Positions 20,328 through 30,599 of a stretch of 64,000 bases of DNA are shown piece by piece. The stretch covers positions 102,653 to 166,652 of the IMG/VR virus record IMGVR_UViG_3300025030_000004. The stretch is one strand, 5' to 3'. Origin of the DNA: a virus. Within the stretch, counting starts at the first letter, position 1; every line of letters starts with the position of its first letter. The notes below the pieces were generated by a model. The model did no database searches, was not told the origin of the DNA, and saw only the letters and a program-made list of their open reading frames with translations. Made by a program: the position numbers and the translations under genes.

Positions 20328-21560
20328 TTACATCTTATCAGACAAATCTGCAATTTTACTTCTCCAAACATTTGGAAGATGTACACATCCGAACATGTCC
20401 TCATTTTTAAAAACTTCTATTGCTCTCAACAATCCATTATTCTTACCTACATATTCAACCTTGTCTACTTGTTGATATGGATCACCTTCGATAATTATCT
20501 TAGCATCTTTACTACATCTAGAAAGAGCAAGTTTCATTAAATCAGGTGTTGTATTTTGTGCTTCAGTTATGTATAAAATCTGATTATCAGTAATTTCCAT
20601 ACCTCTACTATCAGCCATAGGTATTAATCTAATTTTATCCTGTGTAATTAAATTATTTACAATTGACTTATCACCAAATTTAGTAATAAGCATGTTGCCA
20701 ATGAACTGTTGCATACCCTTCTCGACAGAATTACCACTGTAATACCCCATATCAACTGCACCACGGACTTTTGTTGGGTTATACATTATTACACATGAAT
20801 CGTATTTTTGATATTGTAATGCCCACATAATATACATTAAACTGCAAAGACTCTTACCACTTCCTGGTTTGCCTGTAATGGCAGTAAATTGATTATTATG
20901 TAAACTGTCAATACACAATTCTTGAAATATATCCTTTGGTTTCAAATTACCAAACATCATACTTTTAAAATCTTTTTTAACAATACTTTTAAACCCATTT
21001 TGTGTCCATCTATATTTATCTACGATTGAATTATTGACTTGTATGAGTAAATATTCATTTATGTTTAGGTTCCATAAATTTGATTTAGCTTCTGATTCAT
21101 ACCAATTAGCTAATTCATATTCTGACATATCTACAATACTATAACCCGTGTATGTATCATCATTGGAATCCAATGGTTCAAACTTCTCACAAGGGATATT
21201 AAGTGATTTACACTTAGCTCTAAATAATAGGTCATTACTAAAAGCAACAAAAGTATTATCTTTATCATGTTGTTCTTTTAGCAATGATATAATTTTGTTA
21301 TCCATAATGTCTTTATCATAGCAAGATGGAAGATTATTATAATCTGTTTCATCAATTATATATGTAATCTTATCTTTATTTGCTTCAATATTGCGAGTAG
21401 CCCTACGAGCTTGATATTTTACTTCTTCTGTATTGCCAAACTTTTTTAATTTGTCCAGTTCGCCAAGTACAAATCCTGAAAGTTGAACATCTAAATATTT
21501 ATCAAATACTTCTTTGGAATATAGGAGTAGGACGTTAGTATCTATATATTTAGGAGCCAA
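20328..21560 (-). CDS. phoH: PIN-PhoH fusion protein
   Basis: PIN 'IDTNVLL', 'SNDL'; Walker A 'GKPGSGKS', 'RG', 'EAQN', 'GDPYQQVD'. Confidence 0.9.
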   Translation of the reverse strand: MAPKYIDTNVLLLYSKEVFDKYLDVQLSGFVLGELDKLKKFGNTEEVKYQARRATRNIEANKDKITYIIDETDYNNLPSCYDKDIMDNKIISLLKEQHDKDNTFVAFSNDLLFRAKCKSLNIPCEKFEPLDSNDDTYTGYSIVDMSEYELANWYESEAKSNLWNLNINEYLLIQVNNSIVDKYRWTQNGFKSIVKKDFKSMMFGNLKPKDIFQELCIDSLHNNQFTAITGKPGSGKSLCSLMYIMWALQYQKYDSCVIMYNPTKVRGAVDMGYYSGNSVEKGMQQFIGNMLITKFGDKSIVNNLITQDKIRLIPMADSRGMEITDNQILYITEAQNTTPDLMKLALSRCSKDAKIIIEGDPYQQVDKVEYVGKNNGLLRAIEVFKNEDMFGCVHLPNVWRSKIADLSDKM

Positions 21561-21593
21561 TAAAGACCATCCCTTTATTATTTATTTTATTCA

Positions 21594-21848
21594 TTATAAG
21601 ACACTATCACTAAACAAATATCTTTGATTGGGTCTAACTTTATCTAAATCAACTAATTCTTGTTTATCTTTTTCTTGTAGTTTTAATAGATAATTATAAG
21701 TAGAAGGGGTTACGTAACGTTGCTTACCACGACCACTACCAAATTTACCAGTGACTACTAATTGATCACCATAGTTACCTTGTTTATTTAGGATGATTAT
21801 TTTCTTTTCGATAAGATAATCCATTTCATTTTTTGAGATTGGTTGCAA
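21594..21848 (-). CDS. Hypothetical phage protein
   Basis: AAGGAG SD, 84 aa. Confidence 0.55.
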   Translation of the reverse strand: MQPISKNEMDYLIEKKIIILNKQGNYGDQLVVTGKFGSGRGKQRYVTPSTYNYLLKLQEKDKQELVDLDKVRPNQRYLFSDSVL

Positions 21849-22088
21849 ATTGTTATATTGATTCTCCTTTGGAGTTTAATTTTATTGTTCGTTCACACAT
21901 ATAAGGTACATCGACCAATACCTTAATAGAAGGGGTGTTCCACATCTCTTAAATTTGTATATTAGCCTATGTTTCCCTTATTGGCAATTTAACTAAAAAC
22001 CCTGTAAGCGTTGGTATAGCTAGGTTTATGCGAGTTATTTAAATTGCTATTCTTAAAACCCCTTGCTACAAGCACGTTTCAGGGTTTT

Positions 22089-24728
22089 CTATTTAGTCAA
22101 GTCATCTAAATTTTTGTTTTTATGGTATGACCTTAATGCAACTTCCCTGTGTTGTTCTTTCCATATTTCTTTTGCACAAGTTGGGCAGTATTTTGATTTG
22201 TTGTTATATTTCTCAATTAAATCTCCGCATTTTTCACAATACAAATTACATCTATCTACATTTCTTTTTAAATTTTTAACAATAATATCTCCAAAACATT
22301 CCCATAAAGTAGTTTTATAATTTGATTTTTTGAATTCATATAGATATTTAATTAAAACATCTGTTACATAATTTATATCGTTATTAACATTTAACATTTT
22401 TTCTCGTATTTCTTGATATAAAAATGTCATATTACCCATATTGTCATCGTCTTTTCTATTAATAATGAAATGTTTCTTTAAATCTAGTTCTTTGTAATTT
22501 TTCACAACTTCATCATCTATTTTTACAGTATTGTCTTTCATTAACATTTTATAGTCAAATTTACCTAAATTAGTTGCATTAAAATTTATATTTGGATTTG
22601 GAATTAATTTATTTAATTTATTTACAACACTATTATTGATTTTTTCAACTTTATTTTTTTCTTTATCTTTTGCATAAATAAAAAAATGAGGAGTTTTTGA
22701 TTTTGTGTATCCATTTATCAATTTTTTTATTTCACTAGGTCTTTTAGGTTTATATAATGTTTTAGCGTAATCAATAGTAAAGTTGTTTTCCATACAAAGT
22801 AATTTAACTACATCTAAGTTTACATTCTCACTATTCCATATTTTTGTAATATCATTGCTTATTATTCCTATATTTCCACCAGTATAAGCTGTTTTTAATC
22901 CACTATATATACTTTGATTATTAATAATCTCTGCTCCAGCTTTACGCATATTATAATAAAGTGGATTAATGTTTTTCATATTTCTTTCTGCTACTAAAAT
23001 TATTGTCTTATCGGCACAGACTAAAGATTTGTCTCCGTCAACATCAAACTGAAGTATTTTAGATATTAAATCATGACAGGAAGTATATAATCCATTGGTA
23101 ATAAACCAATCGTCCTTATCTTTGTCTATTACATTATTTCTAATTGCGTGTTCACGGAATAGATGAGGCGAGCGTAAACAATCTAGTTTAGAATAATCTT
23201 CATACAATTTGCAATATACATCCCCCTCCTTAAGAAGTCCTTTGGGATTCTTATCACCAAGAAATAGGAATTCGCAGAATGAATATAAATCAGGTATGAT
23301 AAAAGTATATTTTCCCAATATATCTAATTTTGCTGATCTTGCTTCTTTTACCATACTTTTTTTTACTTGTTTTAATATTTCTTTGCAATATGTATCATTC
23401 AATAATTCAGGGTAAATTTCTAATGCTTGCTGTATGTAATTCTTATTTATATTTGATTTCTTAACTCCTAAGACTTTCAACATAGTTTTTCTATCTCGTC
23501 CGATATTTACAATATGATGTTTTGTTATTTTTGATATTTCGTTTAGTTCATTATCATTCATATCAATTAATGTTTGAAGCATTTGATAATTTATCTTTGC
23601 ATCGTTAAAATCATCTTCCTCTTCATTACACTTTCCAGCTTGACAATTATATTTCTTATAATTATCCTTATAAACATCCCAACCATATTTAACTACATTA
23701 CCATGATCATCTAACTGATTTTTAAAATATTTATACATTTTAAATTGACTTTTTGTAAAAACAACTTCTATTTCTTCTTCAAGAAGATTATGCAATTGTC
23801 CATATATATCAATCACTTCGCCATACTTTTTATTATCATTATTCTTATTTGCAATATTTATAAATTTATTATATTCAAAAGGTACTAACAGTCCTTTTAT
23901 CCAAGGTAATCTCGTCATAAAACTCTTTTTGCTTAAACTAGGGAGAATCATGCCAACTCCATCTGTATGGGTAATTGGAATCTTCATTTTTTTATTAGGA
24001 ATGATTTCATAAGTCACGTCATCTATAAAATCTACTACGCCCTCAACTTCAGTCTCCATATCATCTACAACAATTGATTTATCAATATCAAATTCTTTCC
24101 ATTCATCCGTGGCACTATTTGCAAGTGCTAGATAGGCTAAATATTTGTTAATATTAACCCCACCTAACTCATTAATTCTATCAATAGTTAATCCGCACAT
24201 CAATGTATCTTGATGTTTTAACCATGAACTTTCTTTAATAAAAACCGTCTTTTTTGTTCTAATTTGTCCAGCACTTGCAGTCAAACAAATATACTTCTCA
24301 TTTTCATAGGTGAATCCGTCTAATATAATATCTTCAATTATATCAAAGAAAAAAGTTTGGACAATTATAATGTCAGTTGTCAATGTATTCTCTTGGATTT
24401 TTATTGTCCTAGTTAATACGGAATCAAAAACAGAAATTATATTTCTCTTATTCAAGGAATTAGGGTTCAACGCCCTAACTCCTTTATGTGTTTCAAAAAT
24501 TGAATATAATCCTTCTTTGTAATACTTGATTGTTCTATTAACACTTGTAATATATTCTTCTAATTCTTTAATATCGACTTCATTATTTCTAAATTTATTT
24601 TTAATTTCATATAGTTCGTTTTTATATAAATATAGTTCATTCATATTATTATGTATTGTCATTTCTTCTTCGTTATAAAATGCCGAAGTATCTACAGAAT
24701 ATATATGTATTTGTTTGCTTAAACTCAA
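22089..24728 (-). CDS. yonO: YonO-like single-subunit double-psi-barrel RNA polymerase
   Basis: Catalytic 'QFDVDGD', 'SAGQIRTKK', 'THTDGVGM', 'RLPWIKGL', 'RSPHL', C-terminal CxxC...CxxC; TTG start after AAGGAGG. Confidence 0.9.
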   Translation of the reverse strand: MSLSKQIHIYSVDTSAFYNEEEMTIHNNMNELYLYKNELYEIKNKFRNNEVDIKELEEYITSVNRTIKYYKEGLYSIFETHKGVRALNPNSLNKRNIISVFDSVLTRTIKIQENTLTTDIIIVQTFFFDIIEDIILDGFTYENEKYICLTASAGQIRTKKTVFIKESSWLKHQDTLMCGLTIDRINELGGVNINKYLAYLALANSATDEWKEFDIDKSIVVDDMETEVEGVVDFIDDVTYEIIPNKKMKIPITHTDGVGMILPSLSKKSFMTRLPWIKGLLVPFEYNKFINIANKNNDNKKYGEVIDIYGQLHNLLEEEIEVVFTKSQFKMYKYFKNQLDDHGNVVKYGWDVYKDNYKKYNCQAGKCNEEEDDFNDAKINYQMLQTLIDMNDNELNEISKITKHHIVNIGRDRKTMLKVLGVKKSNINKNYIQQALEIYPELLNDTYCKEILKQVKKSMVKEARSAKLDILGKYTFIIPDLYSFCEFLFLGDKNPKGLLKEGDVYCKLYEDYSKLDCLRSPHLFREHAIRNNVIDKDKDDWFITNGLYTSCHDLISKILQFDVDGDKSLVCADKTIILVAERNMKNINPLYYNMRKAGAEIINNQSIYSGLKTAYTGGNIGIISNDITKIWNSENVNLDVVKLLCMENNFTIDYAKTLYKPKRPSEIKKLINGYTKSKTPHFFIYAKDKEKNKVEKINNSVVNKLNKLIPNPNINFNATNLGKFDYKMLMKDNTVKIDDEVVKNYKELDLKKHFIINRKDDDNMGNMTFLYQEIREKMLNVNNDINYVTDVLIKYLYEFKKSNYKTTLWECFGDIIVKNLKRNVDRCNLYCEKCGDLIEKYNNKSKYCPTCAKEIWKEQHREVALRSYHKNKNLDDLTK

Positions 24729-24800
24729 TATATTTCCTCCTTTATTAATCTTCAAAATACCACGGTATAAACTACTTTCATTTGTTTTGTTCTAAATAAG

Positions 24801-24941
24801 CTATTCTATTGTAATTAATCCGTCCTCTTGGATTGAATTTTTAAACTTTTCGTACCGATCCCCTTCAATATCATCAAAGAACTCTTGATTTTGTGGATGA
24901 ACTTTTAATATTGAAATTGATAATTTAGTTATTTGTTCCAT
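24801..24941 (-). pseudogene. Truncated ParB N-terminal-like fragment
   Basis: MEQITKLSISILKVHPQNQEFFDDIEGDRYEKFKNSIQEDGLITIE* with AAGGAG SD. Confidence 0.55.
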
Positions 24942-24964
24942 TTATTTATATTTCTCCTTTTATT

Positions 24965-25204
24965 TTAATATTCCATACATTCAACAACACTAAGATTATG
25001 TCTTTTAGCACATGACTTGCACACATATCTATCAAATTCTATATCAATAAATATATCTTTTGTTTTTGTTAATTCCTTGTCACAATAAAAACAGTTTTCA
25101 CTTATGTAAAGATTATATTCATTTTCATTTGTTTTACATTGCTTTTTGAGTGGCATATGTAACTTCCTCCGTAGTGCCGTTAGTAGTATGAATAAATCCA
25201 CCAA
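24965..25204 (-). CDS. Small Zn-finger protein
   Basis: CFYC...CKSC; start probably internal (MPLKK). Confidence 0.45.
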   Translation of the reverse strand: MVDLFILLTALRRKLHMPLKKQCKTNENEYNLYISENCFYCDKELTKTKDIFIDIEFDRYVCKSCAKRHNLSVVECMEY

Positions 25205-25550
25205 TTGAGTTAGTATAATCTTCTAGAATAATTTCAACTTCTTCTCCAATTTCAGCAAGCTCATATAATTGCCGTTCCAACTGAAAATTACCTATGTGAT
25301 ATCCATAAACACCAGTTTTATCCTTAGTGATATGTAATGTTTCAAAACCAAAGAATGTGTGCTGTGAGTGATAAATTCTACCCATTACCCTTATTAACTT
25401 ATTAATTGTATTTTTTGAGTTATAGATTGTGTCAAGAATATCTGTTATTGATATTTCTACTCCATCTACTAATGATGTGATTATATAATTCATACGTGAT
25501 TGGTCTTGTTCATCTAAACTAATTGAACCGTTTAAGTAAATCGTTTGCAT
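25134..25550 (-). CDS. Hypothetical protein
   Basis: ORF with GAGG SD. Confidence 0.55.
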   Translation of the reverse strand: MQTIYLNGSISLDEQDQSRMNYIITSLVDGVEISITDILDTIYNSKNTINKLIRVMGRIYHSQHTFFGFETLHITKDKTGVYGYHIGNFQLERQLYELAEIGEEVEIILEDYTNSIGGFIHTTNGTTEEVTYATQKAM

Positions 25551-25796
25551 ATGTAAAACCTCTTTCTATTAATTATTTTTAACTCGTATATAGTTTATTT
25601 GTTTTGGTTAGAATAATAGTATCACCTTAACCACTTATCTCAAATTTTTGATTTTTAAAACCCTTGCTATTAGCGACGTTCAGAAACGAAAAATACACAG
25701 AATCAATTAGAATTTATTAATAGTATAAATACCTAGTCAAAATAAAAAGTCGTCTTAAAAAGGTCAAAATTTATCATCTTTACATAAGATAAATTG

Positions 25797-26501
25797 TCAT
25801 ATTATAGGTGTAGGATTATTTATATTTATACCATCGAAATATTTAGAATGTAATAAATCACTTCTACCACATTCTCTTAATTTATTAATTAATGAAAAAA
25901 TTGTTATGTATTCAGTTTTATCTCTATATCTTATAAGTGTAATGCCCTCCTCTTCACATCTTCTGTCTTTAAATCTATCCCTGTCTTGTTGTTCTAAAAA
26001 ATCCTGTTTATTCTTATGAAAGTAAGACATATATTTATAATGTTGTTCTCCATCATATTCAAATGCTAAATTAATATTTGGCAAATAAATATCAAGTTGT
26101 AGAGAACTATTATATCTTAACCAATAATAAAATTTTCCTATAAGTATATCTTGATCATAGAATATTGAAGTAATTAACATTTGTAATTCTTTTTCTCCAT
26201 TTGATAATTCTGTAATGTTTCTATTTTTACTTCCCTTATTAATTATTGTTATACCACGCTTCTTTCTTGCAAAATCTTTTCTACAATTCTCACTACAATA
26301 TTCATTTTTTGCATTTTCTGATTCAAATTCTTTATCACAATTCTTACATATTTTTATTGTTTTCTTATCATTTATAAAACAATTTTTGGTGCAATAATTT
26401 TCATGATCATATATACTCATTTTATTTTCTTTATATATATATTTCTTCCTACATTTTTTACATATTCTTAATAATTCTATAGGTATATTATTTTTCTGCA
26501 T
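25797..26501 (-). CDS. Zn-finger + PD-(D/E)xK endonuclease
   Basis: CxxC/YCS repeats, 'SNGE', 'LDIYLP..AFEYDGEQH', 'RDRFKD..C..GITLIR'. Confidence 0.75.
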   Translation of the reverse strand: MQKNNIPIELLRICKKCRKKYIYKENKMSIYDHENYCTKNCFINDKKTIKICKNCDKEFESENAKNEYCSENCRKDFARKKRGITIINKGSKNRNITELSNGEKELQMLITSIFYDQDILIGKFYYWLRYNSSLQLDIYLPNINLAFEYDGEQHYKYMSYFHKNKQDFLEQQDRDRFKDRRCEEEGITLIRYRDKTEYITIFSLINKLRECGRSDLLHSKYFDGININNPTPII

Positions 26502-26621
26502 TTTTTACACATCTCCGAACAAAATTTTTCTAATTTATTATACGATTTGAATTCTTTATCACACTTTTCACAATTTAAAACAAACAAATTTTTATCTCCT
26601 TATCTATATTTTATATTTATA

Positions 26622-27035
26622 TTATCTATTTTCTTTTCCAGCTATCCTGTCTAAACTCTTTTTAAGTTTTTCCTTTGTAGTAACCAAACCATTTTTAGGG
26701 TTAATAATCTGTTCATTCTTGCCATTGATTTTAAACTTTAATACTTTATGGACAATATGTATTTGATCTTCAGGGAATAACCACACTTCTTCAATATGAA
26801 GTAGTTTTGATATTAGTGTAACTCCTAATGCTTCTAGCTTTGGAATAATAGAGTTTGATGTTGATTTACCTTTTGGCATGTAGATTGCTATAATATTGTC
26901 GTTTTCTCTATATATTTCAGTATCGGCAATTCCTTTAAGAAATGTGTCGTTAGGATTTTTGGTTGGACGTTTTGTTTTTAAGTCGATAGGAACTGATATG
27001 TAATATTGGTTGATATACTTAATTATGTTTTTCAC
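26622..27035 (-). CDS. Hypothetical protein
   Basis: GTG start with GAG SD. Confidence 0.5.
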   Translation of the reverse strand: MKNIIKYINQYYISVPIDLKTKRPTKNPNDTFLKGIADTEIYRENDNIIAIYMPKGKSTSNSIIPKLEALGVTLISKLLHIEEVWLFPEDQIHIVHKVLKFKINGKNEQIINPKNGLVTTKEKLKKSLDRIAGKENR

Positions 27036-27205
27036 CTCTTTTCTTTATTGGATTTAGAGTAGGGGATAATGTGGGGCGGTTTGTGGAGATTATGATTTGT
27101 AAAGTGTAGCCCCCACATCCCGTATCTATTGTTTGGTATGTTATTAGTATAATTTATTGCGGATGAAATGTCAATGTGAATTTATTATTTTTGGTTTGTT
27201 TATTT

Positions 27206-28834
27206 CTATTTCTTCATAATCCAAACAATCTTATTAGCTTTGGTAACTGTGTGTACATCCATTTTAGTTTTTAAAATCTTACCATTAGCCCACCATTCTT
27301 TACTTAACCAATCTAATTGTTTTTGTGTAGCATTTTCATATTTCCATTTTGCTTTTCTATCTAAAAATGTACTATGTTTTCTTGAAGCATATTTCTCAGC
27401 TTCTTCAATAAGATTAATTAAATTATCATCCTCAGATAAATAATTCTTAGTATTTATTTTGTTTGTGGTATTTACAAAATATAATTCAAATACATTCTCA
27501 GATAAATTCTTATAGATTGCATAATGTAAATCTGAATTTACAGATAGGGAATATATTTCATTATTACACTTAAACCAATCATAATATGATTCAGAGAAAT
27601 AGTCTCCCATATTAGTTTTAAATAATTTAAGTTCTTCCGCAATAAGTTTAAGTCTTTTAATTTCTTTTTGCTTTGCTAATTCTTCTCGTTTTAGTTTATC
27701 TTCTTTATTTTTTTCTTCTCGCTCAATTGCCTCGGTTAAAGTTTCATTGTCTTTTATGTCTACACCAAATATATCTGTCATTGTCATTAGGTCATGTTTT
27801 CTTACAATATCAACAACATCAATTACTAAGCAATTTTCTTTTCCTTCATATGTCCTTAATCCTCTGCCAATAATCTGAGTGTAAAGTATTTTAGATTTAG
27901 TTGGGCGACTCATTATGATGCAATCAGTTGGTTCGTAATCAAAGCCAGTGGTTAGCACACCTACGTTTACAATTACAGGAAGTTTACCAGACTTAAAATT
28001 ATTAATTACTAATTCCCTTTGCTTGTCTTCAATTGTAGAATCAACATAATCACAAACTATATCCTTATCTTTAAATTTCTGACATATATCTCTTGCATGA
28101 GCAATACCTGTTGCAAACACAATTGTAGATTTCCTATTATTAGCATATTTTAGATAAGCATCAACTATGATATCATTACGATTATCTGTGTTTACTGCGT
28201 CTTCTAATTGTCTCTGATTAAATTCACCCGCGATAGTTTTTACATTGGATAAATCAACATCTGAATGAACGTATATTGCTTTAGGTTCACACAGATAGTT
28301 ATTCTTAATCATTTCTAAAATTTGTTTCTCATATATTTTCCCATGAAAAACTTTTGTCATATCATCATTAAAAGGGGTTGCTGTTAACCCGATAACTTTA
28401 ATATTAGGATTGAGTTTATCTACTATCTTTTTAATTTGTCCAACCGCACTATGGCATTCATCAAAAAATACTAATTCAAAATCACCATGCTCTGACATTC
28501 TTTCTAATCTAGTTGATTTAGAATGTGTTAATGATTGACGAGTTGCTATTACAACTTTTGATGATACTTGATCTAATGAAGCTTGCACACAACCAACATC
28601 TAATTCAGAATTGGTATTAAGTAATTTTTCTTTTGTTTGGTCACGAAGTTCAGAAGATTGAACCACTATAAGCACACGACCAATAGTTTCATTTGCTATT
28701 GCAGACATAATAACTGTCTTACCTGTACCTGTGCCAAGTGATAGGATGCCATTATAATTTGGTTGTAAATCCTTAACTGCTTCTACTGATTCTATTTGAT
28801 ATGGACGTAGTTTGTATGACATTAATTTAAACAC
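27206..28834 (-). CDS. Superfamily II DExH helicase (RadD/Irc3-like)
   Basis: 'LRPYQ', 'GTGTGKT', 'DECH', 'TAT', 'LTTGFD', 'QIIGRGLR'. Confidence 0.9.
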   Translation of the reverse strand: MFKLMSYKLRPYQIESVEAVKDLQPNYNGILSLGTGTGKTVIMSAIANETIGRVLIVVQSSELRDQTKEKLLNTNSELDVGCVQASLDQVSSKVVIATRQSLTHSKSTRLERMSEHGDFELVFFDECHSAVGQIKKIVDKLNPNIKVIGLTATPFNDDMTKVFHGKIYEKQILEMIKNNYLCEPKAIYVHSDVDLSNVKTIAGEFNQRQLEDAVNTDNRNDIIVDAYLKYANNRKSTIVFATGIAHARDICQKFKDKDIVCDYVDSTIEDKQRELVINNFKSGKLPVIVNVGVLTTGFDYEPTDCIIMSRPTKSKILYTQIIGRGLRTYEGKENCLVIDVVDIVRKHDLMTMTDIFGVDIKDNETLTEAIEREEKNKEDKLKREELAKQKEIKRLKLIAEELKLFKTNMGDYFSESYYDWFKCNNEIYSLSVNSDLHYAIYKNLSENVFELYFVNTTNKINTKNYLSEDDNLINLIEEAEKYASRKHSTFLDRKAKWKYENATQKQLDWLSKEWWANGKILKTKMDVHTVTKANKIVWIMKK

Positions 28835-28889
28835 CTCTTATTTATATTTATTTTTCCTATTTTACCAAATAACGACCTGAAGATTTTTA

Positions 28890-29082
28890 TACCCCTAAAT
28901 CCAAAAATCGCATTTTCTTCGGTATAACAACTACCCCCATATACCAATGGTTTCAGCGATTTTTACCTCTAAAAACTCAATATATAGATTTTCCCTTACA
29001 CCGAAGAAATGAGCAAATTTGGATTTAGGGTAGGGTTGTAACACCGAAAAAATGAACAAAAAGTGCGTTTTCTTCGGTGACA
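28890..29082. repeat. Iteron-like repeats, putative replication origin
   Basis: Four ACCGAAGAAA-like units in both orientations plus the inverted pair CCCTAAATCCAAA / TTTGGATTTAGGG. Confidence 0.55.
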
Positions 29083-29205
29083 AATACTATATACAATTCT
29101 ACATTACTATTATAGATTCAATTCTACATTAACCATTAGAGATACATTTCTACAGTTTTAAGTCGTTCAAACCGCTACGCAGTTTCGAACGCCTTAGAGG
29201 ATTTT

Positions 29206-30243
29206 TTAGATTATGATTTTGTAATTGTCCCTTATGTATTTGTACAATTCATAGTCTTCTTCATTTACACATTTGTTATATTGTTCAAGTATATTTCCAT
29301 AATAATATTTAAGATAATATATTTTCTTGTTTCTGATTAATTCTTGTTCATTTGATTGAGCTATTTCTTCAAATCCTTTTTTCTTAATATAATCAAATTC
29401 CTTTTGCATTGTTTTATCTAATTGTGTGTTAAGATAGTAATATACATATTCAGGTCTTTCAAATAGTTTAATTTCATATCTATTGTTACCACCTCTTATT
29501 TTTTGAATTTGCTCTTCTTCATCCCAAAAACTATATGCATCAGATTTGTATTTATTTAATAAATTATATTTGCTTTGTTCAAGTTTCTTTAGAAATTTAC
29601 TTATTGTATCATCTATTACTCCTATTATTTCTCCAATTTGTGTTCTTGATGGAAATGCATAATGAGTTCTGTGATATATTGGCATTAATTCTCCTGTTGA
29701 ATAGTTTATCTTTTCCCAAGCAAGATAATAATTATATTTAGTTAGTAGCACTGTATATATTGACCATTCTGTTGGAGATAATGTAGTTATTACTTTATAC
29801 ACAAACTCTGATGGAATAGGGGTGTAGCCATTTTGAGTAATATGATTACAAAGTTTATTATTATACCCTATGTAAACTTTTATCAATTCATTGTTTGTTA
29901 GAGTTATAATATCTTTGTCAATGATAATTACTTCATGTAGGATTAATTTTCCTAGTGCATCTTTGATTCTCATTGGTTTAAGATTTGTTTCTTCTGATAT
30001 TGAATTTACAGTTAAAGATACATACTCATTTTTAATTGCTCTAGACATTAGATACCATAATATATACCAACCATCTATAGTATATTTATCTTTGATATGG
30101 GAGTTATTTATGGATTCATATTGTAGTTTAATAAATTTAGTATAGTCTGTACCTCTTATGTCAAATGTTTTGTCGAAATATATGTATCTTGAATCAGTTG
30201 AGTTATAATAATGAGATAGGTCTTTCAAGGATTCTATTTGCAT
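29206..30243 (-). CDS. Winged-helix replication initiator-like protein
   Basis: 'LSPTEWSIY..L', 'AFPSRTQIGEIIG..DTISKFLKKLE', 'NNRY'; adjacent iterons and helicase. Confidence 0.6.
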   Translation of the reverse strand: MQIESLKDLSHYYNSTDSRYIYFDKTFDIRGTDYTKFIKLQYESINNSHIKDKYTIDGWYILWYLMSRAIKNEYVSLTVNSISEETNLKPMRIKDALGKLILHEVIIIDKDIITLTNNELIKVYIGYNNKLCNHITQNGYTPIPSEFVYKVITTLSPTEWSIYTVLLTKYNYYLAWEKINYSTGELMPIYHRTHYAFPSRTQIGEIIGVIDDTISKFLKKLEQSKYNLLNKYKSDAYSFWDEEEQIQKIRGGNNRYEIKLFERPEYVYYYLNTQLDKTMQKEFDYIKKKGFEEIAQSNEQELIRNKKIYYLKYYYGNILEQYNKCVNEEDYELYKYIRDNYKIII

Positions 30244-30289
30244 TTATGTCCTCCTATTTATAATTTATTATATTAAGTTAGTGAGTTAA

Positions 30290-30523
30290 TTATGTATTTG
30301 AATTTAAGTTGGAGTTAAATCTTTTATCTTGGATAACTTTCCATTGGGCTAGTAGAGAGTTTAATTTTTCTGTTCTTAGGAATATCCAGCAATCTTTATT
30401 GTCTGAGGCATCAGTGTATTTGTGTTCTGATAGTAAACCGTTTTGTTTTAGGAAACGCACAAGGTTAATACTTTTGCAAGGAAATATATTTGTTCTTATT
30501 GGTGTGGTATTTTGGTTATACAT
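30290..30523 (-). CDS. DUF5659-like small protein
   Basis: 'CKSINLVRFLKQNG...WIFLRTEKLN.LL.QW'. Confidence 0.5.
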   Translation of the reverse strand: MYNQNTTPIRTNIFPCKSINLVRFLKQNGLLSEHKYTDASDNKDCWIFLRTEKLNSLLAQWKVIQDKRFNSNLNSNT

Positions 30524-30599
30524 ATTAAATCCCCTTTTGGTTTGTAGTATATTATTAATTTATTATATTTAACTTTATACAGATGAATTTAAGTTTAAC

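Noticed and set aside
22089-24755. RNA-virus or RNAi-type RdRP
   Set aside because: DNA phage context and YonO-like synteny point to a DNA-dependent enzyme
1771-30572. Plus-strand ORFs in the left arm, minus-strand ORFs in the right arm, and 9805-10038
   Set aside because: Shadows or overlaps of well-supported genes, with no RBS and atypical composition
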